A stretch of 64,000 nucleotides of DNA from an uncultured Gemmatimonadaceae bacterium (GCA_963829055.1 CAWHHI010000004.1:224001-288000); one strand, 5' to 3'. Shown: positions 1 through 13,127, counted from the first letter of the stretch. A program made the numbers and translations. The notes: generated by a model not told the origin, from the letters alone.

Positions 1-1229
1 CCCCGTCGTGATGAGCAGCGTGCCCTGCTTCCCGACCTCGAGCGAGCCGACCTTGTCCGCAATGCCCATCATCTCGGCGGCGTTGATCGTCACCGCCTTG
101 AGCGCCTCCTCCTCCGGTAGCCCGAACGCCACCGCGACGCCCGCGTCCCACGGCAACCGGTTGCTGTACAGCGCCCCCGACCCGCCGGCGATCGCGAACT
201 TCACCCCCGCCGCGTGCAGCTTCGCCGGCAGGCTGTAGACGGCATCGTAGCCCTCGTACTCCCTGTCCGGCGCGGCCATCGTCGACGTCAGGATCACCGG
301 GACGTTCTCCGCCTTGAGCCGACGGCGCAACGTGAATCGCGTCGGCGCCGCCACGGATCACGAGCTTCAGGCCCTCCTGCTTCGCCCACGTGATGGCGTC
401 GTTCATCTGCGCGACGCCGTCGGCTGCAACGACGACAGGGATCGCGCCGTCGAGCGCAGGAATCATCGCCGCGTATTTCACATCGGAGCGCACCGTCTGC
501 CCGGCCTTCACCGCATCGCGATACGCGCGCGCCTCGGCGAAGAAGTTCTTGAGCTCCTGCACGCGCTCGGCGTAGCTCTTGGGTGGCTGACGATTGGCGG
601 CGTTAGGTCCGCCCGGGCCACCACCACCAAAACCGCCGCCCGGACGCGCGTTAGGGTCGGGCCAGCGCACGTTGAGCGCGGCCGCGCCCTTCATCGACAT
701 CTCCTCCCACGTCCACCCCTCGAGCGACATCGCCGAGGAGAGGCCCGAGACCACGCCGACCGTCCGGCGTGCTGAACGCGACGAGTACGCCCGCCGAACG
801 CGTCGTGCCGATGTGCCGGCTCTCTGCGTTGAACGCCACCTCGGCGCGCACGTTCGGGTTGAAGTCGCCGCGCTCGGTGATGTCGTTCGACACATCGACC
901 GCGCCGATCTCGGTAATGCCCACCGTGCTGTACGCGTCGATGAGGCCCGGATAGATGTGTTTGCCCGTCAGGTCGACGACCTTCGCGGCGCGCGGCGTCT
1001 GCACATTGGCGCCGCCGATTGCCGTGATCTTGCCGTTCTCGAGCACGATCGTGCCGTTCTGGATCGTCCCCTTGGTGACGGTGTGAATCGTCGCGCCGCG
1101 CAACACGACCGGCTGTGACTGCGGCGCTACCGGCATCATCACCTGCGCGGTCGCGGCGTTAGGCGCGAATGCAGTGGCGCCGAGCAGCGCGATCCCGGCG
1201 GTGCGGGAGAGCATTTTCATGGTCGGCAT
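1..1229 (-). CDS. Secreted amidohydrolase-family protein (imidazolonepropionase-like fold); runs off the window; frameshifted near 700-780 and 300-360
   Basis: Signal peptide, then VLRGATIHTVT...GKHIYPGLIDAYS. Later frames give KFAIAGGSG...GLPEEEALKAVTINAAEMMGIADKVGSLEVGK, a typical amidohydrolase C-terminus. Confidence 0.8.
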
Positions 1230-1230
1230 C

Positions 1231-4200
1231 TCAGCGTCCTCCCCGGCCAGGCGTGCGCGCCGGACGTTCGGTTGACGGGTCGGTGTTGCCCGAGCCGCTG
1301 GCGGCGAGCACCGCCTGAATGAGCTGACTGCGCTGCCGCGCCATGTCGGCCCGCAGCGCCGCGTCCTCCTCGAGCGAGAAGTAGCGACGGCCGTCGACCC
1401 ACGTCTGCTCCGCCTTCGTGAACTGCGAGAGCGGGTTGCCGTTCCAGATCACGAAGTCGGCGTCCTTGCCCGCTTCGAGTGAGCCGACGCGGTCGTCGAT
1501 CGCGATCGCCTTGGCTGCCTGGTTCGTGACGGTGGAGAGCGCCTGAATCTCACCCACACCGGTGCGCAGCAGCTTGCCCGCCTCCCAGTTCATGCGCGTC
1601 GAGATCTCGGCGTTGTCCGAGTGGAGCGACGTCACGACACCCGCCTCCATCAGCATGCGCGCGTTGTAGTTCGTTGCGTCGTAGGCCTCCATCTTGAACG
1701 CGCCCCAGTCGCTCCACACGACCGCGGCGACGCCCGATTTCTTGAGCTCCGAGGCGATCTTGTACGCCTCGACGCCGTGCTGCAGCGTCTGCACGCGGAA
1801 GCCGAACTCCTCCGCCAGGCGCACGAGTGCGAGGAACTCGTCGGCGCGATAACCGTGCGACGACACGAGGAGCTTCTGGTCGAGGATGTCCGACCAGCGC
1901 TTCCATTCGCAGGTCGCGCCGCGGTGGGATCCCGGCTTTGGTGCGGTCGGCCTCCCAGCGCTTCCACACCGCCCGGTAGTCACGCGCGGCCATGAAATGG
2001 TCGCGAATGATTTCCTGCGTTCCCATGCGGGTGTCCGGATACCGATTCGGATTGCGCTTCGGGTTTTCGCCGAGCGCGAACTTCACCGTTCGTGGCGCGT
2101 TTGCGAGCTTCAGCTCGTCGGGGAGCGCGCCCCATCGAATCTTCACGTACACGTTCTCGCCACCGATCGGGTTGGCGGAGCCGTGTTTGATCATCGTCGT
2201 CGTTAGGCCGCCGGCGAGCTGGCGGTAGAACCAGATGTTGTTGTGCGTGAGCACGTCACCCATTTGCACTTCGGGAACGATCGCGAAGCCGCTCTCGTTC
2301 ACCGAGCTCACGCCCGAGTGCGTGTGTGGATCGATGAGGCCCGGGGTGACGTGTTTACCAGTAGCGTCGATGACCATGGCGCCGGCCGGCGCGGTAAGCC
2401 CCTTACCGACCTGCGCGACCTTGCCCGCGCGGAAGAGCACGTCGGTGTTCTCGAGGCGGCCCTGCGGTCCCTGCGTCCAGACGGTACCGTTGCGCACCAG
2501 TACGGCCGGCGGCTGCGTCGGCGGCGCGGCGCGTCCGAACTCCATCGCCGGCCGAATCGCCGGGAGCGTGAGATTCGGAACCTTCATGGCCACGGTGCCG
2601 CGCGCGGGGCCTTCGAACTGCTCGGTGCGCGTCCCGCGGTACGTGGCATCAGCGCCGTTTGGGAGCGACATCCATCCGAAGAAGTTCTCGCCCTGCGACC
2701 GAACCGGTGAGCGAGCACCCGGCCCTGATGGCCGAGCGGTTCACCGTCGAACGTCACCTCGAGGCGGCCGGTCTCCGTGATGATCCGCGCGGACGTGAGC
2801 TTGCATCGGTTTGCCGTTCGGGCGCCGAGATCGTGCCGCGGATCCGGTTGAGCGGCCCCTCGATGCGCAGGGTCGCGGGGAAGCCGTTCACATCGGCCGT
2901 CGCGATCGTCCACGTTCCGCGCGGATCGATCTGCGGCGGGCGCGTGACGCCATAACGCGTTCCCTGCACCCACACGTCTCGGACGCTGGCTTCTTCGGTG
3001 AAGAGGTTGCCGTCGGCGACCACGAGATTCGCGACCTTGCCCGCGGCGATCGTGCCGTGAGTCTTCTCGATTCCGAGCAAGGTGGCGGGCACCGTCGTCA
3101 GCGCCGCGAGCGCCTTGTCGGCAGCGAGCCCGCGTGCGACCGCGATGCGGAGGTTCGGGAGGAACTGCCCGATCGACGATAGGCCGTCCGTGGTGAGCGC
3201 GAAGGTGACTCCCGCACTCGCGAGCTGCGCAGGATTCGTCGGCGCCAGGTACCAGTGGCGGAGTGCCGCGAACGACGCATCCGAGCGCGGCTTCGGGCGT
3301 CGAGACGTCGGGTGCGTCGGGGAAGTTGAGCGGAACGATGAGCGGCTGCGTGCGACCGCGCAGCACATCGAGCAGACGATACTCCTGCCCGCTCCCGCGA
3401 AACCATGGTGTCAGTTTGTAATCGGTCGCGAGGCGGTACGCCCGCAGGTAGTCCTCCTCGCTCTCCGTCTGGAATATCACGGGCTGCCGCCCGCGCACGA
3501 CTTCGGCGAGTGCGTCGAGCGCCTCGCTGGTCTCCGGCGGGAGACCGGCGCGGCCGCCCTTCTCGTACGCGTCGCGTGCGCGGATGTACCAGTCCGCGTC
3601 CATGAAGGTCTGCTTCATCAGTGCGATGGTGCCCATCGAGGAGTTCGGGTAGACGCCGCCGAGCTGGAACGACTGTTGAAGCCGATCGCCTGTATGAGGT
3701 CTGACCTGAGCACCCGCTCACGCGCGCCGAGGTCGCCGAGGTTCACGACGGACGCCCGGCCGCGGAAGATGCCGTGTTTCGGCACGACGAGCGCGGTGCC
3801 GAAGCCGAGCGAGCGCAGCGCGGCTCGACGCGTGGTGTCGTCCTTCAGGCTCGCCGTGGTGCTGAACCACGCACGCACCTGCGGATTCCAGTGCGTCGGG
3901 CCGACATCGCCGCCCTGCGGTACCTCGCCGACGCCGAGATCTGCGTGCGCGTCGATGAAGCCGGGGTAGATGGTCTGGCCGGCGAGATTCCAAACGCGCG
4001 CGCCGGCGGGCGGCTGCACGTTCGCGCCGACGGCGGTGATGAGCCCGTCGCGGATGACGATGGTTGCGTTGGGAAGCACCTGACCGGGGCCGGTCACGAC
4101 GCGGGCGCCGACGAGCGCGTGGAAGCCTGTGCCGTTGTTGCGGAGTCCTGTGACGGGCTCGGTGCGGGAGGTCTGTTGGGCGTCGAGGGTGTTGGCGGCT

Positions 4201-4238
4201 ACGAGAGCGACGCCAACGAGGAGGCGGATACGCGTCAA
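1231..4238 (-). CDS. Large secreted protein with two amidohydrolase domains, broken into 5 ORF pieces by frameshifts
   Basis: Pieces 3618-4238, 2584-3636, 2754-3368, 1550-2671 and 1231-1983 join into one protein with IYPGFIDAHAD, GTIAAGKVANLVV, VTPGLIDPHTH and VGSLEAGKDADFVIW. TTG start with GGAG upstream. Confidence 0.8.
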
Positions 4239-4494
4239 AGGCAGACTCCGTGGGAAGGTCGAGCCGACGTAAGATGTGGCGCGGGCAGCGGGTCGTTGAA
4301 GGCGCCGGCCGTCCGGAAACTGTAGGCTGACGGTTGCCGGCCGCTAGGACCGTTCGACCAGGCGGGTAGCGCCGCGCTTTCGGATCTCGCAGCCGTTCGT
4401 GCGGCGCGCGAGGGGACGGGGTGATGGGTCACTGCACCATGCCCGCGGTACTGCACGGGCGTAGGGTGTGGCTCCCGCAACCCTGGTGCGTGCA

Positions 4495-5056
4495 ATGCCG
4501 CGGTCCCGTCCTGTCCTCACGCTCGTCCCCGCTTCCTCCGACCGCCGAACCGCCGAGCGCCTAACGGTAGCCCCGACGGCGCTGCTCGCTACGTTCGCGG
4601 CGATCGCGCTTCTCACGTTAGGCACGACCGCTGCCGAGGCGCAGGCCGCCGCCGCGACCGACACGCCGCTGCACCTGGCGGAGAGCCGCTTCGATTTCGT
4701 CGCGTCGGGCGACACGCCGCCGCCCGCGAAGCCGCTCCGCGTTCACAACGGCGGCACGGCGCGGTTCACCGACGTGCGACTGACGCGGCTCACGTACGCG
4801 GACTCGGCGCGCGGTGCCGCGTGGCTCGTCGCGCTGCCGCGTCAGTCTGCCGTCGCGCCTAACGAGCTCGCGACGGTCGGCACGCTCTGTGTCGACGCGA
4901 CCGGGCTGCCGGCCGGCACCTACCGCGCGACGGCCGCCGTCGCTGCGCGCGAGGTCCCGGAGCCGGTCGCGATCACGATCACGTCTCGTCGTGAAGGACG
5001 CCGGCGCTGGCGCGGGCCACGCGGCCGGGCGCTGCGGAACGGCCGCCACGAAGTAG
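4495..5056 (+). CDS. Hypothetical exported protein (beta-sandwich-like), frameshift near 4985
   Basis: Hydrophobic signal-like stretch ending AEAQA. GLPAGTYRATAAV...ITIT continues in another frame as LVVKDAG...ATK*. Confidence 0.45.
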
Positions 5057-5208
5057 TCCGGGCACGCGTGACGCGAGCAATCGGCGATGAATCGGACGCG
5101 CGCGCCGCCTCGGGAAGTGGCGGTCCATCGAGTACCCCTACGCGCCTAACGCCGGTCGTCTCGGCAGATTGGGCGCTCGCGATCAACTACATGACACGGA
5201 GACTGAAC

Positions 5209-5880
5209 ATGTCGAAGGTATCTGTTACGAGCCTCATCGTCCTCTGCGCCGCGCTGGCGGCGTGCTCCGACAGCGCCACGACCCGCACGGTGACTGCGCC
5301 GGACGCGCGGCCGGAGTTCAGCGAAGCGCTGGCCGACGTCCGCGTCGGGTTCACGCCGGACGGGCCGTTCGAGCTCGCCCTTCCGTCCGACGACGCGTCT
5401 ACGCAGATGGCCGCATCGGCGCAGGCCGCGAGCGGCAGTCGCGCATCCGGTCACGTCGGGTTTCCCAGCGGCTGGCCGGGCACGACGATCGCGTTCGAGA
5501 AGTATTCCTTCGTGGCGCTGAGCACGGACCCCGCCACGCCATTCGCGACGAAGGGGCAGTACGATTTGTCGCTGGCGACCACGGCGGGGAACACGCTGGA
5601 TGTCCACGGCGACGTGACCTGCATGTTCACGTTCGGTAACACGACGCGGGTCGGCGGGCAGATCACGAAGTTCCTGCGCGACGGCGTGCCGGCGCCGATC
5701 CTTCCGACGGGCACGCACAACATCTGGGTCGTGGTCGACAACGGCGAGGGCGCGGCAACGCCGGACCAGGTGTCGCTGATGCGCTTCGGGAACGCGGCGG
5801 CCGCGCAGACCTATTGCGCCACGGGCTTCCTCTCCTTCGTGTCCGCCAATCAGGAAGGCAACGTTCAGGTACAGCCCTGA
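5209..5880 (+). CDS. Hypothetical lipoprotein
   Basis: GGAG RBS before ATG 5209; lipobox LAAC; GC3-rich codon usage. Confidence 0.7.
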   Translation: MSKVSVTSLIVLCAALAACSDSATTRTVTAPDARPEFSEALADVRVGFTPDGPFELALPSDDASTQMAASAQAASGSRASGHVGFPSGWPGTTIAFEKYSFVALSTDPATPFATKGQYDLSLATTAGNTLDVHGDVTCMFTFGNTTRVGGQITKFLRDGVPAPILPTGTHNIWVVVDNGEGAATPDQVSLMRFGNAAAAQTYCATGFLSFVSANQEGNVQVQP

Positions 5881-5952
5881 GCCCGCGTCAGGGCTGACGA
5901 GCCGCGTGGCGGCGGCTCTCTTCGCCGCCGCGCAGTTCGTGGGTCGCTCCCT

Positions 5953-8452
5953 CTATTCCGCCCGCAGTGCCTCCGTCGGCTGAATGCCGAGCGCCTTTCT
6001 GGTCGGCACAACGCACGCAAGCAGGCACACGCCGAGCATCAGCGCCGCATAACTGATCAGCGTGGCGAGCTGCGAGATGGACAAACCACCGGCGAGCGTA
6101 TGCATGCCCATGTCGGTATCGGGCTGATGGTTCCTCACGACGATGCTCCCGAGGCCCACCAGGAACGACCCGACCAGGATGCCGATGCTGACCTGCGTCA
6201 GCGGACGCTTGAAGATCGTCGTGACGATTCGCCGCGGCGTCGCGCCCACCGCCACGCGCACGCCGATCTCCCGCGTACGCTTCGAGACGATGAACGACAG
6301 CACCGCATAGATCCCCGCGAGCGACAGCAGCACCGCGATGCCCGTCAGGACCATCGTGATCTTTTGCCAGAGGTGAAATGAACCAGACCATCGGGTCCGC
6401 CATCCTGTCCATGCGCGTGATCTCATTCAGTCGGATGGTCGGATCCACCGACTCGGCGATCGCGCGCAGCCGCGCCGTGAGCGTCAACGGATCTCCCGAC
6501 GCGTGGATCATCATGAACGGAGAGCCCATCATCTCCGGCGTCGCCGGCTTGTAGATGCCGGCCGGCGGGCTGCGCTCGATCGGCGAGACCATGCCGAGGT
6601 CCTTCACGACACCGACGATCTCCCACCACGACGAATCGGCCCGGCCGATCTGGATCTGACGTCCGAGCGGATTCATGCCGCCCAGCACGTGTTTCACGAA
6701 TCCAAGGTCGACGATGACGTTGCGCGCGCCGGGAACGAGGTCGCCGCTGTGGAAGCCGCGTCCGGACAGGATCGGAGCGCCAAGCACGCTGAAGTAGTTC
6801 GGCTCCGCGCGCGCGATGCCCACGACCCGGAGACCCTTCGGAAGCTGTGCCGAATCCGCGAGCTGGATGCGGGCGCCGTCATGCGACGTGCCCGGTGGCT
6901 CGGTCACGAATGCCACGCCGCGCACGCCGGGCTCGCTGGCGATACGCTGTCGCAGGGTCTCGAGCATCGCGCCTTCGCGCACGCGCCACGCTTCGCGCGC
7001 CGCGCTCGTCGTGTCGAGCGGTGCGTCCGTCTCCACGTTGACGGTGAGGTATTCCGTCGGCCGGAATCCGAAGTCGTATGACTCGATCCGCGACAACTCG
7101 TTCTGCTCGAGCGCCACGATCGCGGGCAGCAGGACGGTCGCCGCGACCTGCGCGACGATGACGAACGTCCACACGCCGCTGAAGCGCAGGCCGCCGCCGG
7201 TGGTGCCCTGGCGGAGCTTCGACGAGATGCTGCGCGTCACCTTGAGCGCTGGAAGCACGCCGGCGATCACCGCGCCGAAGACCGTCAGGCCGAGCGCATA
7301 CAGCACCGTCGTCGGCGACAGCTGAGGGTCGAACCAGAACGGCAGCGTGTCGTAGTTGATCTCGAGGTAGTGCCTGGCGTACACGCGCAGCGTGATGTCC
7401 GCGGCGCCGAGTCCGATAGCGGCGGCAACTCCACCCAACACGAGCGCTTCGGCAAAGAGCTGCATCACGAGACGCCCGCGGCTCGCGCCTAACGCGCTAC
7501 GCACCGTCAGCTCCGTCTCGCGCGTGGCAGCGCGCGCGAAGAGGAGGAGCGCGACGTTGCCGCAAACCAGCACGAGCAGCGCCATGACCATGCCGTTCAT
7601 CGCAACGGTCATTGCCAGTGTGTCCGGGGACGGGTCGTCGTCGGCGACGTAGGAGATGACGCGCGGCCTGAGGTGCTCGTGCGTCTGCGCGAATTGCGTG
7701 GCCATGCGACGGCCGATCACGTCCAGCTCGGCCTGTGCCTTCTCGTACGATGCGCCGTCGGCCAGTCGGCCAAAGACGGTAATGGAGACTCCGCCGCGAG
7801 GGGTGCGATCGAGCTCGTCGACGCGCAGCGGCATCCACACCTCGTGCGCGATCGGGAAAGCGTATCCCTCATCCATCACGCCAACGACGGTGGCGAAGGA
7901 GTCGCCGATCTTGACCGACTTGCCGAGGATCGCGGGATCGCTGCCGAAGCGGTCCTTCCAGACTTCGTAGCCGATGACGGCGACGGGAGGAGCGCCGGCG
8001 CGCTCGTCGCCTGTGTTGAGCGTGCGACCCATCAGTGCCTTCGCCGACGACACCGCGAAGCCCGATGCAGTCATCTCGGCGATCTTCACCTCGCGGGTCT
8101 GGCCGCCCGGCACCACGAGGTTCCGCGCGACGTCACGGAACGCGCCGAGGTCCTTGACGGAGCGGAGCTCGCTCGCGCCAGACGAGGAACTCGTGAACCA
8201 ATCGCTTCTCGGGAACACTCTCCTTCGTGTCCCAGTTGAAGAGCTGGACGATGCGGTCGCCGTCGGGAAGAGGCAGCTTCGGGTTCACGACGAGCCCGTA
8301 CATCACGAAGGTCACCGTGCCGAACCAGAGGGCGAAGGCCATCGCGATGCCGCCGACGAGCGTGATGACCGGGTATTTGGCGAGCAGCCGGCCGCCGAGC
8401 TTCATGTCGAGGGGAAACCGCTTGCCCAGGAGAGTCGCGCGGGTAGAAGCAT
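5953..8452 (-). CDS. ADOP/MacB-FtsX family duplicated ABC permease (frameshifted; start uncertain, 8405-8452)
   Basis: LDMKLGGRLLAKYP, VCGNVALLLFARAATRETELTVRSALGASRGRLV and KRTREIGVRVAVGA...QPTEALRAE are spread over three frames. Confidence 0.85.
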
Positions 8453-8527
8453 TGACCGAGGTGTGGAGGTATGCGTGCCGTAACGCAACGTCGGCGTTAG
8501 GGTTTCCCGGCGACAGCCTCGATTCGC

Positions 8528-8557
8528 CGAACGGCACATCGAGGGGGTCGAACGGCA
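8528..8557 (-). promoter_or_regulatory. Candidate LytTR box: TGCCGTTCG direct repeat, 21-bp period
   Basis: CGAACGGCA at 8528-8536 and 8549-8557, upstream of the permease and next to a LytS/LytTR pair. Fits the two-helical-turn LytTR repeat architecture. Confidence 0.6.
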
Positions 8558-8698
8558 GACCGGTCGGGTCCGCGCGGCGCTTATCATGAACGGGTGAACT
8601 CCTGATCCATCTGTCACTCGCCATGCCGAGGGTTTCTGCTTTTCGCCCTTCAGGCCCGCCGTAGCAGGCCTACCTGGGTCCCCGGCGAGCTCGAATCG

Positions 8699-9607
8699 AT
8701 GATCGTGCACCTGGTGGTCGGCTGCGCCGTTGCGGTCGCCGTGTTTCGGCTCGTGCCTCGTGTGCCGTGGCCTCGACCGATCGGCTGGCGCTTCGTCGCC
8801 TTTCATATCGTTGCGGCGCCAGCGGCAGCAGCCGTGTGGATCTTCGCGTCGGCGTTGTTCGAGCCGCTGGTCGGCGGGCGCTCAGAGGTCGGCTTCGCCC
8901 GGCGGTTCCAGGAGATGATGGTGATCGGCTGCTTTTTCTACGTCCTCATCGCCGGCCTCTCCTATTCGGCTCACGGGGCGCGCCGCGCCGCACAGGCGGA
9001 AGCCATCGCCGCGCGAACGCAGCTCGCCACGCTGCGTTCGCAGCTGCAGCCGCACTTTCTCTTCAACGCGCTGCACACCATCGTGCAGCTGATTCATATC
9101 GAGCCGCGCCGGGCCACCGAGGCGGCTGAGCTGGTCGCCGATCTCCTTCGGCGAACGCTCGAGGAGCAGAGAGACGAAGTCCCGCTCGGCGATGAATGGC
9201 GCTTCGTGTCACGCTATCTCGCGGTCGAGCAGATGCGCTTCGGAGAACGCCTCGTGGTGACTACGGATCTGCCGCCGGACCTGGAGTCTGAACGCGTTCC
9301 ATCGTTCGCGCTGCAGACCCTCGTCGAGAATGCCGTACAGCATGGAGCCGCGCCGCGCGTCGCGCCGACGGAGATCGCGATCACCGGAACTCGGAGCAAC
9401 TCGGAACTCGTGATTTCGGTGCGCAACAGCTCTGACGGCGAGGCGCCGCGAACCAACGGCAACGGAACGGGCACCGGGCTCGCGCGGCTGCGCGAGCGCT
9501 TATCGGTGCTGTATGGCGACGCGGCCACACTCGTCTCACACCCGACCGCGTCCGGCGGCTACGAGGCCGTGCTGACGATCCCGCAGAAGCGACTGACCGA
9601 CGCGTGA
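8699..9607 (+). CDS. LytS-type sensor histidine kinase (N-terminus uncertain)
   Basis: TM helices, then LRSQLQPHFLFNALHTI, LQTLVENAVQHG and GTGLARLRERL. Confidence 0.9.
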   Translation: MIVHLVVGCAVAVAVFRLVPRVPWPRPIGWRFVAFHIVAAPAAAAVWIFASALFEPLVGGRSEVGFARRFQEMMVIGCFFYVLIAGLSYSAHGARRAAQAEAIAARTQLATLRSQLQPHFLFNALHTIVQLIHIEPRRATEAAELVADLLRRTLEEQRDEVPLGDEWRFVSRYLAVEQMRFGERLVVTTDLPPDLESERVPSFALQTLVENAVQHGAAPRVAPTEIAITGTRSNSELVISVRNSSDGEAPRTNGNGTGTGLARLRERLSVLYGDAATLVSHPTASGGYEAVLTIPQKRLTDA

Positions 9608-10341
9608 AGGTCACAGTCCTCGTCGTTGACGACGAGCCGATCGCCCGTGCCGGCCTCAAAGCCGCGCTATCCGGCTTCGACTGGATCGAAGTCGTCGGCG
9701 AGGCGGCGGACGGCCAATCGGCGGTGCAGGCGATCGACACGCTGAAGCCTGAGCTGGTATTTCTCGACGTGCAGATGCCCGGGCTGCTCGGCACCGACGT
9801 GCTTCGCCACATCGATCACCGACCATTCGTCATTTTCACGACGGCGTACTCGCAGCACGCCGTGACCGCCTTCGAGCTCGGCGCCGTGGATTATCTCGTG
9901 AAGCCATTTGGCCCGGCGCGCCTTGCCGCGGCGATGGAGCGCGTGCGTGGCGCCATCGGTCAGCCATCATCCGTCGATGCCATCGAACGATTGAGCGGCG
10001 CACTTGGCGGCGGTCCGATCACGCGGTTGTTCGTGCGCGTCGGGAATGCGATCGTCCCGGTGCCGCTCGATCGAGTGTCATGGCTCGAGGCAGACGGGGA
10101 CTACGTGGTTGCGCATGTCGGCGGCAGTCGGCACCTGCTTCACCTGTCGCTCAGCAGCCTCGTCACGCGTCTCGATCCCAGGCGCTTTGCCCAGGTTCAT
10201 CGCGCGCACGTCGTGAACCTCGACCACGTCCGCGCATTCAAGCGCGATGGGCGCGGCAATCTCGAGGCGGAGCTCAATGACGGGACGCGCGTGCCAGTCA
10301 GCCGCGCGCGCGCGCAGGAGTTGCGAAGCCTGGGCCGGTAA
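9604..10341 (+). CDS. LytTR-family response regulator
   Basis: Receiver domain VVDDEP...FLDVQMP...DYLVKP; LytTR domain FAQVHRAHVVN...VPVSR. Overlaps the kinase stop (GTGA). Confidence 0.93.
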   Translation: MKVTVLVVDDEPIARAGLKAALSGFDWIEVVGEAADGQSAVQAIDTLKPELVFLDVQMPGLLGTDVLRHIDHRPFVIFTTAYSQHAVTAFELGAVDYLVKPFGPARLAAAMERVRGAIGQPSSVDAIERLSGALGGGPITRLFVRVGNAIVPVPLDRVSWLEADGDYVVAHVGGSRHLLHLSLSSLVTRLDPRRFAQVHRAHVVNLDHVRAFKRDGRGNLEAELNDGTRVPVSRARAQELRSLGR

Positions 10342-10362
10342 GCTCCTGCTTCGCGTCCTCCG

Positions 10363-13080
10363 TCATTCCGCCCTCAGTGCCTCCGTCGGCTGCACCCGCA
10401 GTGCGCGGACGCTAGGCACGACGCAGGCGAGGGTGCAGACACCAAGCATCAGGATCGCGTAGCCACTGAGGAGCGCGATCTCGCCTAACGTCAGCCCCCG
10501 AGGCTGGGCCGCGCGGAACTGCTCCGTGTGCTGAATGCCGATCGCTGCCACAGAGATCAAGACGACACCGGCCATCACGCCCAGGGTGACCTGGGTCAGC
10601 GGGCGTCTGAAGATCGACGTGATCACTCGACGCGCGCTCGCGCCCAGTGCGACACGCACTCCGATCTCCCGTGTACGGCGAGCGACGATGTACGACAGCA
10701 CCGCGTAGATGCCGGCCAGCGAGAGCAGAAGGGCGACTCCCGTCAGGCCGATGATGATCCTCGACCACAGGCCGCAGGAGCCAGAGCAGCGGCGTCATCA
10801 CCTGGTCGACGCGCATCAGCTTCTCGACCCGGAGTGCCGCGTCCACCGCCGTCGTCAGCTCGCGGACGCGCGGCGCGAGCGACAGCGCGTCGCCGCGAGC
10901 GTGCACGATCATGTTGACGTCGCCCTGGCTTCCCGGAACGGTTGGCAGGTACAGGCCGGCCTGCCGTTGCGGCATCGCGGCGCTCGCCATGCCGAGGTCC
11001 TTCACGACGCCGACGATCTCGTACCACGGCAACTGGGCCGCGTTCGAGTCGAGCTGCGCGCTCGAGCCGATGCGCACGCGATGACCGATCGGATTCCGTC
11101 CGGACATCACGAGGTCCACGAAGGCCTGATCGACGATCACGACGCGAGCGTCCGGAGAGAGATCGGAGCTGGTGAACGCGCGACCCGCGAGCACCGGCGC
11201 CCGCAGCACGTCGAAATAGGAAGGATGGATCGATGCGGTCGCCACGACCGAGCGCACGCTTCTCCGGCAGCGACACCACTTCCACGCGCTGATAGTCGTG
11301 ATCGCCTCCCGGCAACCGGTCGACGAATGTCACGCCGGCGACGCCCGGCTCCGCTTCCATCCGGCTGCGCAGCGCCTCGAGCGAGGTGGTGATCCGCGCG
11401 CCTAACGCGGCGCGGGTCTCGGGTGTCAGCGTCTCTTCCGCCGCACCGTCGACGCCGAGGGTCACGCCAAGGTATTCATGCGTTGGAAAGCCGGCGTCGT
11501 ACGACTCGACGCGTTTACTCTCACTGCGCAGGAGCATGACGACCGCCGGCAACGCGACGGTGAGCGCGACCTGCGTGACGATGACCGCCGTCCAGACACC
11601 GCCGAAGCTCACGCCACCGCCGCCGGCGGTTCCCGCGCGGAGTCGCGTCCCGAGTCCGCGGGTGATTTTCCGCGCCGGCATTACCCCCGCCACCACCGCG
11701 CCGATCACCGCGAGCGCGAGCGCGGAGATGATGGCCTTCGGCGACAGATTGAAGTCGAACCAGAAGGGAACACTCGCGGTGTCGAACGCCATCTCGAAGG
11801 TACGGCTTACCCAAGCGGGTCAGTGCCAGCTGGGCCGTCACCAGTCCGACCACCGCCGCAGCGCCGGCGAGCACCAGCGCCTCGGCGAAGAGCTGCGTCA
11901 CGATGCGCCGGCGGCTCGCGCCCAGGGCGCTGCGGACGAGAATCTCAGTCTCCCGCGACGCGGCACGCGCGAACAGGAGCAGCGCCACGGTGCTGCACAC
12001 CACCAGCACGAGCGCGACGACGAAGAAGTAGCTCAGCGCCTTCATCGCCGTCACTTCGCCGTTGTCGACCGACAATTGCGCGTACGGGAGTACGTGCGGC
12101 TGGAGCTGCGCGTGCGTCGTCGGGTGTTCCGCGGCGAGGCGCTTGCCGAAGGCCGTCAGCTCCGCCTGCGCGTTCTCGAGGGACATTCCGCTCGCGAGGC
12201 GGCCGAAGACCTTTATGGCGGTGCCGCGCCGCGGTTCCTCGCGAGCGGCGTTCGTACGCAGCGGTAGCCACAGCTCGTGCGCCACGGGGAACGCATAGCC
12301 TTCCGGCATCACACCGACGACCGTCGCGAAGCTGTTTCCGAGCTTGACGCTGCGTCCGACGATCTGCGGATCACGATCGAAGCGATTCGTCCACACCCCG
12401 TGGCCAAGCAGCACCACGGGCGCCGCACCCGCGGCTTCGTCCGACTCGTCGAGGACGCGGCCGAGCAGCGGACGCTGAGGGGCGATGCGAAATGCGGAGG
12501 CGGTGATCTCCGCTGCCTCCTCGGGCCGCGCACCGCCGTCGGCGCCCACCAGGTTGACGCTCGCGTCGCGATACGCGCCGAGGTCCGTGATCGACCGCGC
12601 GGAGCGCCAGAGCTCGTAGTCGTACAGCACGCGATCCTCGTCCTGGAGCGTCTTCGCATCCCAGTTCTGGATCCTCACGATGCGATCGCCGTCGGGGAGC
12701 GGCAGCTTGGTGCTCGTCAGGAGGCCGACCATCTGGAAGGTGACAGCGCCGAACCAGATACCGAACGCCATCGCAAGGCCACCGATGAGCGTGAGGCCGG
12801 GATACTTGACGAGCATTCGGAAGCCCAGCTTCAGGTCGAGCGACAAGCCGCTGAACCAGGCGGTGCCGCGGCCCTCGCGGAGTGTCTCGCGATGCTGCTG
12901 CACGCCGCCGAAGGTCGCCAGTGCGCGCCGCCTCGCTTCGTCGGGATCGAGCTGCTGCTCGCGCACGAGCCGCTGCGTCTCCATCTCGATGTGGAAGCGG
13001 ATCTCGTCGTCGATCCTGGACTCGGCGGCGCGTGGCGCGAGGAGGCGCAGGCGCGCGCGGGCGGCGTGGAACCACGTCAT
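10363..13080 (-). CDS. ADOP duplicated ABC permease with N-terminal permease-prefix domain (frameshifted)
   Basis: MTWFHAARARL...IDDEIRFHIEME...ARRRALATFGG, LDLKLGFRMLVKYP and RRTREIGVRVALGA...QPTEALRAE across 4 frames. Confidence 0.88.
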
Positions 13081-13127
13081 GGAATGCTCCGGGAATGAAG
13101 AGCGCGCGGCGCGGACGCCGCCCGCGG

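Noticed and set aside
4468..5880. 470-aa fusion ORF
   Set aside because: Read-through is caused by a frameshift near 4985. A separate lipoprotein with its own RBS starts at 5209.
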